A stretch of 63,490 nt of DNA, the filler included, from Chiloscyllium plagiosum (taxonomy: Eukaryota), in NCBI RefSeq assembly GCF_004010195.1. It is 4 parts of one record of this genome, joined end to end, with 100 filler letters (N's around TTAATTAATTAA, not from the genome) between each part and the next. Parts side by side here need not be neighbours in the genome. Positions count along the whole stretch, not along the records: positions 1 to 12,595 come from NC_057713.1; positions 12,696 to 40,895 come from NC_057713.1; 2 more parts are not named here. One strand, given 5' to 3'. The translations under genes were made by a program, and so were the position numbers. Shown here one piece after another: positions 11,014 to 23,534 of the stretch. Each line of letters opens with the position of its first letter. The stretch's first letter is position 1. The notes under the pieces are model-generated. The model did no database searches. It saw only the letters and a program-made list of their open reading frames with translations, and had not been told where the DNA came from.

Positions 11014-11513
11014 NNNNNNNNNNNNNNNNNNNNNNNNNNNNNNNNNNNNNNNNNNNNNNNNNNNNNNNNNNNNNNNNNNNNNNNNNNNNNNNNNNNNNNN
11101 NNNNNNNNNNNNNNNNNNNNNNNNNNNNNNNNNNNNNNNNNNNNNNNNNNNNNNNNNNNNNNNNNNNNNNNNNNNNNNNNNNNNNNNNNNNNNNNNNNNN
11201 NNNNNNNNNNNNNNNNNNNNNNNNNNNNNNNNNNNNNNNNNNNNNNNNNNNNNNNNNNNNNNNNNNNNNNNNNNNNNNNNNNNNNNNNNNNNNNNNNNNN
11301 NNNNNNNNNNNNNNNNNNNNNNNNNNNNNNNNNNNNNNNNNNNNNNNNNNNNNNNNNNNNNNNNNNNNNNNNNNNNNNNNNNNNNNNNNNNNNNNNNNNN
11401 NNNNNNNNNNNNNNNNNNNNNNNNNNNNNNNNNNNNNNNNNNNNNNNNNNNNNNNNNNNNNNNNNNNNNNNNNNNNNNNNNNNNNNNNNNNNNNNNNNNN
11501 NNNNNNNNNNNNN
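11014..11513. other. Assembly gap, exactly 500 N
   Basis: Counted from the sequence. Confidence 0.98.
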
Positions 11514-12272
11514 TTAGCAAATGTATTCAAGAAGAAAATCGGGAGAGTACATATTCCAATAAAGATTCTCAACAAATGAACTCTGGATATTAATGGATAT
11601 ACCAGATGGGATAAAGAGAAAAAAGAAGGCTTATGGCAAATACTGAGCTTGTAAAACAGCAGAAGTCCTGGAGAAGTGCAAAATGTGCAAGCAGAAAATT
11701 AAAAAGCAAATTAGGAGAGCAAAAAGGGGGCATGAAAGAATAATGGCAAGTAAAATAAAGGGAAGTTATTTTACAAGCACATTCAAGGCAAAAGGATAAC
11801 TAAGGAAATAGTAGGCCCCTTCAAAGGGCATGGTGGTAATTTGTTCACGGAGCTGAAGGACATGGGCAGGGTTCGAAATGAATATTTTTTGTCAGGAATG
11901 GACAAAATGTGTGTATAGAAATTAGGGAGAAGGACTGTGATATACTTAAAGAAATTAGTATAGGCAGAGAGCAGATTCTGAGTGGTGTGGCAGGCTTCAA
12001 AGTAGGTGAATCTGCAATGCTGGATGAAAAATATACATTGAGTGGGACAAGGGAGGCAATAGCAGGGGTGTTGGCAATAATTTTGAATTTCTCCCCAGCC
12101 ACAGGTCAGTGCCAGAGGATTAGAGGATAGCTAATGTGGTATTGCTATTCAAGAAGGGATCAAGGGGTTTATCAGGAAGGCACAGGCCAGTTAGTCTAAC
12201 ATTTTGTGGTGAGGAAATTATTGGAAGCAATTCTGAGGGACAAAATCAATCTGAGCTTGTAGAGACAAGGAT
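11514..12272 (+). mobile_element. Degenerate CR1-type LINE ORF2 fragment (upstream of RT)
   Basis: Resembles 58945-59433: remnants of REAIAGVLAIILNFS..TG, ANVVLLFKKG and RPVSLT motifs, with stops and frameshifts. Confidence 0.8.
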
Positions 12273-12595
12273 GAGGGTGTAGGTTTGCTCACTGAGATGT
12301 AGGTTTGATATCCAGATGTTTCATTACCTGGCTAGGAAACATCATCAGTGGCAACTTCCAAGTGAAGCGAAGCTGTTGTCTCCTGCTTTCTATTAATATT
12401 TTTGTCCTGGATGGGGTTCCTGGGGTTTGTGGTGATGTCATTTCCTATTCATTTTCTGAGGGGTTGATAGATGGTATCTAGATCTATGTGTTTGTTTATG
12501 GCATTGTGGTTGGAGTGCCAGGCCTCCAGGAATTCTCTGGCATGTCTTTGCTTAGCCTGTCCCAGGATAGATGTGTTGTCCCAGTCGAAATGGTG
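12273..12595 (-). mobile_element. Penelope-like element, family B: endonuclease C-terminus plus 3' repeat with hammerhead motif
   Basis: Minus-strand translation HHFDWDNTSILGQAKQRHAREFLEAWHSNHNAINKHIDLDTIYQPLRK*, typical of a PLE GIY-YIG tail; CTGATGA...GAAACATC at 12348-12315. Confidence 0.8.
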
Positions 12596-12695
12596 NNNNN
12601 NNNNNNNNNNNNNNNNNNNNNNNNNNNNNNNNNNNNNNNTTAATTAATTAANNNNNNNNNNNNNNNNNNNNNNNNNNNNNNNNNNNNNNNNNNNN
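12596..12695. other. Artificial 100-bp scaffolding spacer N44-TTAATTAATTAA-N44 (also at 40896-40995 and 57768-57867)
   Basis: Identical structure three times; the 12-mer has stop codons in all six frames. Confidence 0.95.
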
Positions 12696-12996
12696 CAAAC
12701 TTCCAGCTCAGCACTGTCCCCATGACTTGTCCGGACTTGTCCGACCTGCCTAGCTCCTTTTCCACCTATCCACTCCACCCTCCCCTCCCTGACCTATCAC
12801 CTTCATCTCCTCCCCCACTCACCCATTGTACTCTATGCTACTCTCTCCCCAGCCCCACCCTCCCCTAGCTTATCTCTCCACGCTTCAGGCTCTCTGCCTT
12901 TATTCCTGATGAAGGGCTTTTGCCCGAAACGTCGATTTTGCTGAAGCTCCTCGATGCTGCCTGAATTGCTGTGCTCTTCCAGCACCATTGATCCAG
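12696..12996 (+). mobile_element. Penelope-like element, family A (Neptune-type), 3' pseudo-LTR
   Basis: Highly similar to 41500-41780, which follows an intact GIY-YIG frame. Confidence 0.85.
12906..12933 (+). ncRNA. Minimal type I hammerhead ribozyme motif (family A)
   Basis: CTGATGA-A-GGGC-TTTT-GCCC-GAAA-CGTC: full catalytic core, 4-bp stem II, palindromic ACGT in place of stem III. Stem I is weak. Confidence 0.7.
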
Positions 12997-12999
12997 CAT

Positions 13000-13123
13000 T
13001 AGTCAGGGGTGTCTATAATAGGATAGGGGAATGGGTCTCGGTGGGTTCCTGTTCGGAGGGTCGGTGTGGACTTGTTGGGCCTAAGGGCCTGTTTCCACGC
13101 TGTAGGAATTCTGATTCTAATTC
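13000..13123 (+). mobile_element. 3' fragment of an HE1-type SINE
   Basis: ggtgtggacttgttgggcctaagggcctgtttccacgctgtagg plus an attct-repeat tail. Confidence 0.8.
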
Positions 13124-13294
13124 CAATCTGCAAGGCACGAGTTAGGTGTGTGATGTAATATGCTCCCTAGGCAATTAAGAGTAACTCTAACACTGTTGCA
13201 GAAGCTCAGCATTGTCCAAGCCACAGCAAGCTTCTTGACATTCCAGTCACCAGTACCACTGGTGCCCTGGGACCTCAGTCTGTGCCCATGTCCT

Positions 13295-14055
13295 CATCCT
13301 ATTCATATACCCATCTGATGCCTTTTAAATGATGTAATTGTACCAGCCTCCATCACTTCCTCTGGCAACCCATTCCACACGCACACCACCTTGTGCATGA
13401 ATAAGTTGTCCCGTAGATCCCTTTTAAAATCTTTTCCCTTCTCATCCTAACCTATGCCCTCTAGTTCTGGACTCCTCCACCCCAGGGTAAAGACCTTTCA
13501 GTTTACCCTATCCATATCCCTCATGATTTTATAAACCTCTTTAAAGTCACCCCTCGGCCTCCAACGCTCCAGGAAAAACAGCCCCAGCCTATTCAGTCTC
13601 TTCCTGTAGCTTAACCCTAGCAACATCCGTGTAACTCTTTTCTGAACCCTTTCAAGTTTCACAACATCCCTCCAATAGGAAGGAAGCCAGAATTGCATGC
13701 CATATTCCAAAAATGGTCTAACCAATGTCCTGTGCAGCCACAACATGACCTCCTATATCCTATACTCAATGCTGTGACCAATAAAGGAAAGCATACCAAA
13801 TGCTGCCTTCACTATCCTATCTACCTCTGACTCTAATTGCAAGGAGCTATGAACCTGCACTCCAAGGTCTCTTTGTTCAGCAATACTCCCCAGGACTTTG
13901 CCGTTAAGTGTATAAATCCTGCTCTGATTTGCCTTTCCAAAATGCAGCACGTCCCATTTATCTAAATTAATCTCCATCTACCACTCCTCAGCCCACTGAC
14001 CCCCATGTGATCAAGATCCTGTTGTACTCTGAGGTAACCTTCTTTGCTCTTTCAC
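13295..14055 (-). mobile_element. CR1/HER1-type LINE 3' fragment
   Basis: ORFs 13753-13977 and 13498-13746 give QRDLGVQVHSSL and RTLVRPFLEYGMQFW. Confidence 0.92.
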
Positions 14056-15093
14056 CTTCTGATGGGAGATTGGGGTTCAGCAATAATGTGAGGTTTGCCA
14101 CTGGCACCTGTAATGCAAACAGAAGTTTTCAAGGATTTTTTGCTGTGAATTTGTATGTATTGTGCACATTTTCAATTCAATATTGAATAAGTCGTTTTTG
14201 ATCTTTGCACTTTTGACTTCAGTCATCTGGGATATTTCTGCCTCTGTCCTTGCCAGATTGCCACCTTCTGCATATTCAAATGGATACACCATAACTGTTG
14301 ATCTGCTGAACGTTCCCCCATCTCTAAACTAATCAGGAGTTGGTTTGAAACAGCTGAAAGTATCAAGGTATTATCACCCCATAAAACCTCAAGGTCAGGA
14401 AATTAGATCATGCTGCACTCATTTTCCTTTCATGAAATGGCATCTAAGAGTTGAATCTTATTGGCGGTATTTGTGCCGTCTTTCTGTTGTGGAAATGCTC
14501 CACCTGCCATGTTGATCATGTTTCTCCATCAGCAGCATCTCTGAAATATACATTAGGTCTTTCAATCTGCAAATGACTGCGACCATGCTTGTGCTGCTAC
14601 TCCAAGCAAAACTGGGTGACAATTCCAAAGGGCCCACTGGAGATTTCAATAAACAGGTAAGTCTTACTCCTTCTACATATTTTGTGGAACCAACACATCT
14701 TGCCTAGTTGCAAATTAAACCCGTGGACCACTGTTAGCCAGTGATCTGATTCAAGTACAATGCAGCTTCTAGGTCCGACATAAAGCTGCCATGATGGAAA
14801 GTACAAGCATAAAAGTAATTCTTTGAAATTGTTACTACAGGGCTCTCTGGGAAGGAAAGAGCAGATGCTGATTTCAATTTCAAAGCAGAGTGCTTTTCGC
14901 TCAGTGTGGGAAGTGGAGGGTTAGACGTTTTAGTTTGCCCCCCCCACATGTCAAATCCAATCTTTTTAAGAGCCCTTTAAAAACCACGTGTAAATCTGAC
15001 AACAGGCACTGGCAGGGCTTTGTTACATTTTTCACTGCATTATGGTCCTGCTTTCATTGGAAAGTAGCAGTAAGGCACGAACAAATGCACAAG

Positions 15094-15480
15094 TTGGAGC
15101 GTCAGAGGCTGAGGGGTGACCTTGTAAAAGTTTATAAAATCAGGAGGGGCACGGATAGGATAAATAGACAAGGTTTTTTTCCCTGGACTGAGGGAGTCCA
15201 GAACTCGAGGGTATTCGTTTGGCGTGAGAGGGGAAAGACATAAAAGAGACACAGAGGGTGGTACATGTATGGAATGAGCTGCCAGAGGAAGTGGTGGGAG
15301 GTTAGTACAATTGCAACATTTAAAAGGCATTTGGATGGGTATATGAATAGGAAGGGTTTGGAGGGATATGGGCCGCATGCTGGCAGGTGGGACTAGATTG
15401 GGTTGGGATATCAGGTCGACACGGACGAGTTGGACTGAAGGGTCTGTTTCCGTGCTGTACATCTCTATGACTGTATGACT
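15094..15480 (+). mobile_element. CR1/HER1-type LINE 3' end
   Basis: LERQRLRGDLVKVYKI and a ctctatgactgtatgact tail. Confidence 0.9.
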
Positions 15481-17843
15481 TTAAGTCTGGTCAGTGTAAG
15501 AGTAAACCTGTCTTTGAAATGACAGATCACTAGAATGAACCATTGCATTAAAACACACTGACTCCAGTACAGAACCTAATAGTGCCATTTGCAGGTATGA
15601 AAATGTTTTGTGGTTAAGTTTCAGAATGTTCCAAACTCCTCAGCCAGTTTGCCATTGTCATGACAATCTCTGAAAACTGTAATTTCTTTTTAAAATGTGC
15701 TTACAAAACGTTTTGCTCCACCAGATAAAAATGGTTTGCTGCAGGAGGTCTATTTGTCCCTGTTGGAAATGGGGAGCTGTCATCAGAAGGGACAGTGTCG
15801 CTTTGCACGCTAAAGATGGACAGAACAGCCAGAGGAGAATGGCACAAAGTCGGGAGCATGGGGGAAAATCCGATTCCCTTCAAAAGGAAACTAAATGTGA
15901 CTGTTCACTCACTGACATGTGCCTCTGAACACTGAGAAAAATCTGGCCCTGTAACTGCCTAATTTTTTTTCTCTAAAAATTGGAGACAACAAAAGCTTTA
16001 TTTTTGCAAATGCAGTTGGCAGGATGAGGATAGAAAGAAAAAATTACTCCATTCTTCAGCATTGTAATCTCTTGCCTTGGTGAGCACATGACAGCTGAAA
16101 TATGTAATGTTAAAAAGAGATATCACAGATCTTCTGCCAGACACTGCACACATGCTTTCAAAGTGGCAAATGGCATTCAGTGCTAAAGGATTAATATTCA
16201 GTGGGTGTATCCATCGGGCTAAGGCAAATGTGCTTTCTTTAGCCTGGTTCTTATTAGAAGATCCAAGTGGTCTGTCTAGTTCATAAAGAAATAGCTTTCC
16301 CATGTAAAGTATTACACAGAGTGTACACACACACACACAACGGAAGGGAATGTTTAATTTGCAGTGAATGAGTTTAACATTCACGTGTTTAAATATGACT
16401 AAGAGCCAGGTCTTCAGTGCCGTAAAATCTAGATTATTTGTAGCATTTCATAAAAATAGTTGGCTTAGCAAGAATAAAAACTCCTAGATGAACAGAATAC
16501 ACATGTTGCGCTGGTGTGTCAGCAAACAGCTCTTACTAAATAAGGCAATGCACGAGTTGGCTTATCAGCAGTTGACAGGAATATAGTCTACTAACAGCTG
16601 ATATAGAAGCCCATCACTACTGCACTGTCAACTGCTGGAGTTTTATACAGATTATGTTTATCACCAACTAGACTGCTGATTCAATGAAAATTCAACTGCT
16701 ACAGTGCATTTTACATTTGACTGTTCAAGCCAAATCCATCTCGAGTGCACATTCTCCATAACATGTGCGTCAACTTTACTGTACACTAGCTTAGTTTTTC
16801 ATGTCTAGTGTCCAAAATGGTGAAGATGTATAGTTCCCCGTTGCTCTTAAAAGGCACTGTCTGTTTTGACTTGCTTTATTGTATAATGCATTCTGCAGAT
16901 CTCATTTTTGGGGTCACTCCTTAGTTGGTGAAAGTTCAAATCTGCAATTGAAAGAATAGTGTTTTGAATTTATTTGTTTCAATTGGTGCCACTCTCAAAC
17001 TCGATGCACGACTGTTGGAGTACAGCACGTATTTCATTATTAAATACTCAAATTTTATTTTGACATTCTGTTCATACATAGATGAGTAATGTTAGTGATT
17101 AGGTTCAGTATAAAAACTCGCTCATTTTCTCACTGTCTATTGGGTGAAATAGATACTATGATCTTAAATTCCTTTGCAAACACCTGTCAGGTTCATTGAT
17201 CAGTGGGTGTTCTGTCAGAATTCAAAGCTGAACTTCTGTATATTTTGTGTTTGCAAGAATAAGCAATAATAAATGTCACCAGTAAATTCAGTGGCATAAT
17301 TCATTCCTATATGACACAAATGAATCAAAGTTATTCATATGTGTTTTGTACACAAATGATAGAATTGTATGAATTTGATCAGCTTTTAAAATCATCTTCC
17401 CTTGAAATTATATTTTGTAAACATCTGAAGTTAAAGTTAAACTTTAATGGGATGAAGAATTTAAGCATTTGAAAGCTTCAAAACTTGCTATCTTAGCATT
17501 TGGATTTATTTTGCAAGTTAGTGTACACCTTTAAATGATAACATTTATCAACCATATGTATTGGATTTGAACGGTCTTGTATGTAGATCAAATATAGTCA
17601 ATGCTGAGGACTGTGATAGGCACCAATGACTGTGTGATAATGTCAAATAGTCTTCTGGATAGAACAGCGTAAGATTTCAGGAGTAAGACCTAATATTTGT
17701 TTCTGTAAACATGTCTGATATATCAAAGTAACTTGAACTCATTGCTAAAGTGTAATAAGCTGCTTCTAGACCAAGAATCCCATCAAGTTAGACCAGTGTG
17801 TGGTTTTCATTTTCCACACTAGCCCAGTTGTGCCCTGTAGGTC

Positions 17844-17947
17844 AGAAACAAAAACAGGAATTGCTGAAAAAGCTCATCAGGTCTGGCAGCATCTGTGAAG
17901 ATGAATCTGAGTTAACATTCCAAGTCTGGTGACCCTTCCTCAGAACT
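17844..17947 (-). mobile_element. Penelope-like family C terminal fragment with a degenerate hammerhead
   Basis: Minus strand AGTT-CTGAGGA-AGGGTC-ACCA-GACTT-GGAA-TGTT-AACT; possible TSD ctgtaggtc (17835) / ctctaggtc (17946). Confidence 0.6.
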
Positions 17948-18399
17948 CTAGGTCTGTACGTATGGAGGATAGTGGCAGCAAACTTGCCTCTGGGTGAATC
18001 GCAGACTTGGCCTACCCACATGTCCGCTGTGCTGGCACGAGTGGAAGCCTGGAGATTTTTTAGTATTTTCAAACATAGCTTTAACTTACCTGTTCCTGCA
18101 GCAAGCAACAGGGGAATACAGAGCATTTAAAAACCTGAATGCAGAACAACTCCCAGCCTTGGAGAGATTCAACACAAAACAAATCTATTGCAGGAGACAC
18201 TGCAACAGGAGAGTTAGAATGTCTCTGAAGCAGATATAGGCTGGAGGTGATCTGTCTTACAAATCCAGAGAGTGACAGAGAGCAGAGATTTTGTGAATAA
18301 AGTTTTATAAAAAAACACATATTGGAGTAAGGAAAACCTTTTTAAAAACAGTGCAGTACTTCAGACTGTGAAAGCAAAACGTTCAGTAGTTGCAGCTCA

Positions 18400-19300
18400 A
18401 CTGAACTGTGTTGCTAGGGCAGGTGGGCATCATAAGGTAGACCTGCAGCCAGGAAACATCAAGGGCTGCAAAAGTGATTTAAACAGATTGCAGACCGACT
18501 GACATTGCAAAGCCAGAATTAAAGGGACAAATTAGAACTCTAAAAATAGAAGGATGTGAGGCGACTTTATCAAGGCTGTAGGAACAACAGGAAAGCCTTC
18601 ATTAAAACTGTGTTTTAAGGACACCTTTCTTTAAACTGCAGAGGACAGAAACAATCTAGGAATAATCTGACAAAGAAAGAAGGATCATTGTTAGAGCTGC
18701 TAAATGTGGAATTCATCTTGTACGTGTAATGATTACTGCAAAGTAAAAACCTTTTTTAAGCAAAGTATATTAGGAAGACATGGCATCAGAAATAATGTTG
18801 GCAGAAAGATTTAAATTCATTGATAGGCTGCCACAGAGAACACAAGATTTATTTTCCCCAAGATGTCCCAATTTTAAGATACAGAATAACTTTCATAACA
18901 GATACTAAGTCTGAAGCTGAGCAAGTACACATCTAAATGCAAATAAGAATATATCTGTTGATTGTTATAGCTCACCAAGATGCACAAGAAGTACAGAAAG
19001 CCTTTGACAAGTACTTCAATCTCAGGATGAATTAAATTCTTGAAAGAGCAAGATTTACTGGAAGAGTTCGGCATCCAGGGAATTGAGAGATGCTTTCATG
19101 CACAATCTCCACAGCGTAGTTGGGAAATGTGACCACACTGATCCTGAAGTCATAATTCATTCTGTACAATTGTCAGAATTTTTCTCAGATTTGTTACAGT
19201 TTAAAGAAGATTGGACTCTCGAGAGGTCCACTGCAACGGTGAATGAAGTAGGAGTCTGGAAGCAACACCGATCACTCCTAATTTGAGAAACATCAAGCTT
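18400..19300 (+). mobile_element. Possible highly decayed Gypsy-type gag remnant
   Basis: Fragments VQKAFDKYF and SDLLQFKEDWTLERS resemble Gypsy gag motifs; many stops. Confidence 0.35.
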
Positions 19301-19457
19301 GACATGAGAGATTAGCAGGTTACATTCAGTTCTTAAAGTACAAAAAGATACAGGTGAGAACCCAATAAAGTGAGTAGCACAAACACCCGACACTAAGCAG
19401 AGAAGCCACACAGGCACAGACAGTGGCTGGAGAGCTACAATTGGCTCAATAAGATCT

Positions 19458-19675
19458 GAGAGGAGAAAGTGAGATCTGCAGATGCTGGAGATCAGAGCTG
19501 AAAATGTGTTGCTGGAAAAGCGCAGCAGGTCAGGCAGCATCCAGGGAACAGGAGAATCGACGTTTCGGGCATAAGCCCTTCTTCAGGAAAAGGGCTTATG
19601 CCCGAAACGTCGATTCTCCTGTTCCCTGGATGCTGCCTGACCTGCTGCGCTTTTCCAGCAACACATTTTCAGCTC
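19458..19675. mobile_element. Fold-back PLE family A mini-element with perfect 86-bp inverted arms and a 14-bp TSD
   Basis: Arms 19495-19580 and 19590-19675 with a 9-nt loop; GCTCAATAAGATCT at 19444-19457 and 19672-19685; intact hammerhead core on the minus strand at 19586-19559. Confidence 0.9.
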
Positions 19676-19753
19676 AATAAGATCTTACAGGAACAAGTGA
19701 GGAATGTCTCTTCAATACTCGGTAATGTGTGGGGGGCTGGCCAGACTAAGGGG

Positions 19754-20175
19754 TCATAGTCATGCAGCATGGAAACCGATCCTTCAGCTCGACTTGTTCA
19801 TGCTAACCATGCTTGTCCATCCTAAACTGAACTATGCCCATTTGTGTGTATTTAGCCCACATCCTCCTATACCTTTTCCAGTGTATGTACTTGTCCAAAT
19901 GTCTTTTAAATGTTGTAATTGTATTTGCCTCCACCACCTCCTCTGGCAGCTTGTTCACATGCACCACCCTCTGTCTGCACCTCAGGTCCCTTTTATATCT
20001 TTCCCTTCTCACCTTAAACCTATGCCTCTAGGACGTTTCTACCCTGGGGAAAAGACTTTTGCTATTTACCTTACCTTTGCTCATCATGACCTTTATAGAC
20101 TTCTATAGGGTCAGCCTTCAGCCTCCTTTGCCCCAGGGGAAAAGTTCCCACTCCTTACAACTCAAAGTTTCCATT
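19754..20175 (-). mobile_element. CR1/HER1-type LINE 3' end
   Basis: QRVVHVNKLPEEVVEANTITTFKRHLDKY. Confidence 0.88.
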
Positions 20176-21619
20176 CTCTGTCACCCTGCACTCTGGGAAC
20201 TCCATTGAAAAATGGAGCAAAGTCAAAGGGCAATGGGAAGTCGGGTGTATTTCTGAATCAGAAGTTAATGAGACCCATGTTTGAGCATGTGTGGCCACTA
20301 TAGTAGGATTGATTAAGAGGATTGTTTAGTAGCATACTACTGGAAAGACCCTAAGAAATGTCACCTCTGAAAATAGTAGGTAACTGAGGTAACATAAAGT
20401 GAATTCCTGAGGATTGTGATACCCTTTGGTTTAATGATGGGTGCAGTGAAGGAACTTTCAAGATCCTGTAATATTAAAGAGAACCCTTTGGCGGAATAGC
20501 AATAGAATAGGGAGCTTCCTGTGGAGATTTTCAGGCTTTAAGGAAAAAGAGAAATAAGTGTTTGTAAAATAGAGCTTGAAGTTGGTACATGCTTTGTTTG
20601 GCTCAAGAACACATGAAATCTTGTGTTGTAATTCTTTAAGAGCTGGGAGATTGAATTTGTTTTACAAATTGATAGTCTCCCTCAAGATCAAACCAAAACC
20701 AATAACTTTTTAAAAGGAAAATGAATTTCCCAGCCACCACTGGAAAGACATTTCCTGTTTTAAGACACTCTAGTAACCAATTAAAATCAACTTGGAAGAA
20801 ATATTACTTCATAGGCAACTACTGTATCAAACTACAGAAGAGGTGCTTCCCCATCAGCTAATTAACATAACCCAACTACTTTGTTTCTGTGCTATTCCAC
20901 TCTTTCACAGATAAGTAACCTTTTAGATTAAGCCACAAACTCCTCTCGACTTTCAACAGATTCCTTCTCTCTGTCACCTTAGGGTAAGTTTTCCAATATC
21001 CTTTGAAAGTCCCTTCCTTCAATCATTTTTAGCATTATCCCAATGACTTTGAAAAGCTAGGTACCCTTTGACAATTTAATGGCCCTTAATGTCTACAAAT
21101 CCTGCCTCTTTAAGGAAGTCTATTCTCAGCAAGATTCTATTTGGTGTCTAACGCTATAAAACAGCATTTCCCTCTCAGTCTTTCTGTCTGAGTCTGAGAT
21201 TGTGATTAGCCCAGACCAAATTCACTTGATTTTTTATGCTGAAGTGTGAAACTGACCTTTTGTGTCTCTGTGTTTTTTCACTGGGCCTATCCACAGATAG
21301 AATTCAAAATCATTGCACCATTTCCCAATTTAGAGCATTTTGTTTTACCTAAAAGTGTGAGTAAAAGTTGGAGGCCACCTCATTGTGCGGTCAGTGCAGT
21401 CCTCTATTCAGTGCCATCTCCTTCTGCCGCCTCCTCTTGTCTCTCTCACCTTCTATTCTTCCCTAGATGAGCTGTCTCCTTCCAGGCCCTTATTATCCTC
21501 CTTTTCAGAAGGCCATGTCATGGTGGGTGGGGAAGACTATCACAATGACTGAGATCCTTGCAGATGGGTACTGACCAGCATCTCGCACACGCACATGCGC
21601 ACACACACACACTCTTTGT

Positions 21620-22030
21620 GAATCCATTGACGAAGCCAGGGTTGTTCATCTTCAAGAAGAGCAAGTTAGGAGATTTGATAAGAAGTGTTTAACATTGCGA
21701 TGTTTTGAAGGATAGACAGAACCTGTTCCTTTTGACAGAAAGATCAAAAACCTGATGACCCATATTTAAATCCATTGTCAAAAGAATCAAAAGTAGCATA
21801 ACCACTCTGTACAAAAAAAACCCTTTTCTGACGTGATGTGGAATGCACTGTATGAAAGGGTGGTGACAGCAGATTCAGTAAGGGCATTGGGTAAGAACCT
21901 GAAGGAAAGTAGGTTACAAGGCTATACGGGAAGGGTAAGGCACTGGCGCTCACGGTATTGCTCCAGCAGAGAGCTAGCATGAAGTTAACAGACCAAATGG
22001 CCGCCTCTGTGATGACCATTCTATAATCTT
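21620..22030 (+). mobile_element. Old CR1-type LINE 3' fragment
   Basis: Decayed gggttgttc..gaagagcaagttaggagatttgata and tggaatgcactg motifs, plus CR1-like tail. Confidence 0.6.
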
Positions 22031-22673
22031 AACTTGGGATGAATGCATTCGTTTATTTTTTCCCCCTAATCATAGCAAGATTAAGATAAGGAAGTGATGA
22101 CATTTTCTGTCAGAGGGGCATGCTCAAGCACATTATTGGCTCAGAATTCATGTGACTTCTGCTTTAATAACTAATCCTTCTCGACACTCCCTGGGATTTT
22201 TTGCATGCTCTAATTCTCAAGATGCTGGATTTGTTCCATTTTCAATCTTATTAATGTTTCAGTTCCTTTTTTTTTAAACTATGCATTTTTATTTGTGTGG
22301 AACATTTATACCATGCAAGCATTCACCATGACTGAAACAGAAAACTTGAAGCTTCACTCATAATTAAGGGAATTTACCATTACATTTCTGTGTCATGATG
22401 AAGATTTAAGAAATGAGTTATGTTTACACGTGTGTCAAACCTAATTAATCACGCTGACTTTTATGGAAGTTTCAAGCTGCAGATGCTGCTGTGTAATAAA
22501 ACCCAACTCATTGATTTGTGGAATGTTACAGTTCACCGTCCATTTCAGAATAATGCAATGAAGGTACTCGTTTCATCCCAAGTCCAATCAGCCAGATGTG
22601 CCTTACTCATGTGGAGAATAGCAGATATTTTTGTTTAAACTCGATAAAGGGAGATAGCCAGTTTTATTGGTAA

Positions 22674-23047
22674 ATAGAGTCATTGAGTTGTACAGCATGG
22701 AAACACACCCTGCACTCCAACTTGTCTGTGCCAACCAGCTGTCCCAATCTGGCCTAGTCCCACGTGCCAGCATTTGGCCTATATTCCTCTAAACTCTTCT
22801 TATTCATATACCCAACCAGCTGCCTTTTAAATGTTGTTATTGTATCTGCCTCCACCACTTCCTCTGGCAGCTCATTCTATACGTGCGCCACCCTCTGTGT
22901 AAAAAAGTTACCCTCAGGTCCTTCTTAAATCTTTCCCCTCTCACTTTAAACCAATGTCCTCTAGTTTCGGACATTTCCCCCCCCACCCTAGGAAAAAGAC
23001 TTTGACTTATTCACCTTATCCATGCCCCTCACAATTTTATCAATCTC
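22674..23047 (-). mobile_element. CR1/HER1-type LINE 3' end
   Basis: Same sequence family as 28102-28450 and 43748-44015. Confidence 0.88.
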
Positions 23048-23161
23048 CTGCTCAATTCTAATTCAGGGAACTGTCAATGGGATATCCCTCCCATTGTCAA
23101 CATACACAGAAAAAGGACAAATGCCTGTGTAGACAAATGACCAAATGGGAATGATACAGGA

Positions 23162-23356
23162 GGCAATGAAATTGCTGGAAAAACTCAGGAGGTTTGGCAG
23201 CATCTGTAAAGAGAAAGCAGAGTTAACATTTTGGGTCCAGTGACCCTTCTGCAGAGCTGGACCCCAAGTCTGATTTCTCTTCACAGATGCTACCAGAGCT
23301 GCTGAGTTTTGTCAGCAATTTCTGATTTCCAGCATCCACAATTCATTGCTTTATTT
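23162..23356. mobile_element. Fold-back PLE family C mini-element, degenerate
   Basis: gaaattgctggaaaaactcag...ggcagcatctgt and acagatgctacc...ctgagttttgtcagcaatttc are inverted arms; decayed hammerhead at 23258-23221; flanked by ATGATACAGGA at 23151 and 23357. Confidence 0.7.
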
Positions 23357-23371
23357 ATGATACAGGAAGTG

Positions 23372-23534
23372 GGAGAAAGTGAGGACTGCAGACTGAGTCA
23401 AAGAGTGTGGTGCTGGACAACTGGTCAGGCAGCATTCGAGGAGCAGGAGAATCGACTTTTCAGGCATAAGCCCTTCATGAGGAAGGGCTTATGCCAAAAC
23501 ATTGATTCTCCTGCCCCTCCAATGCTGCCTGACC
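23372..23534. mobile_element. Fold-back PLE family A mini-element, older copy, 15-bp TSD
   Basis: Same layout as 19458-19675; ATGATACAGGAAGTG at 23357-23371 and ATGATGCAGGAAGTG at 23535-23549. Confidence 0.85.

Noticed and set aside
12640..12651. TTAATTAATTAA palindrome occurring three times
   Set aside because: Always centred in exactly 44+44 Ns, so it is an artificial six-frame stop linker.
14600..14663. + strand donor CAG|GTAAGT suggesting a host exon
   Set aside because: No convincing acceptor, recognisable peptide or partner exons were found.
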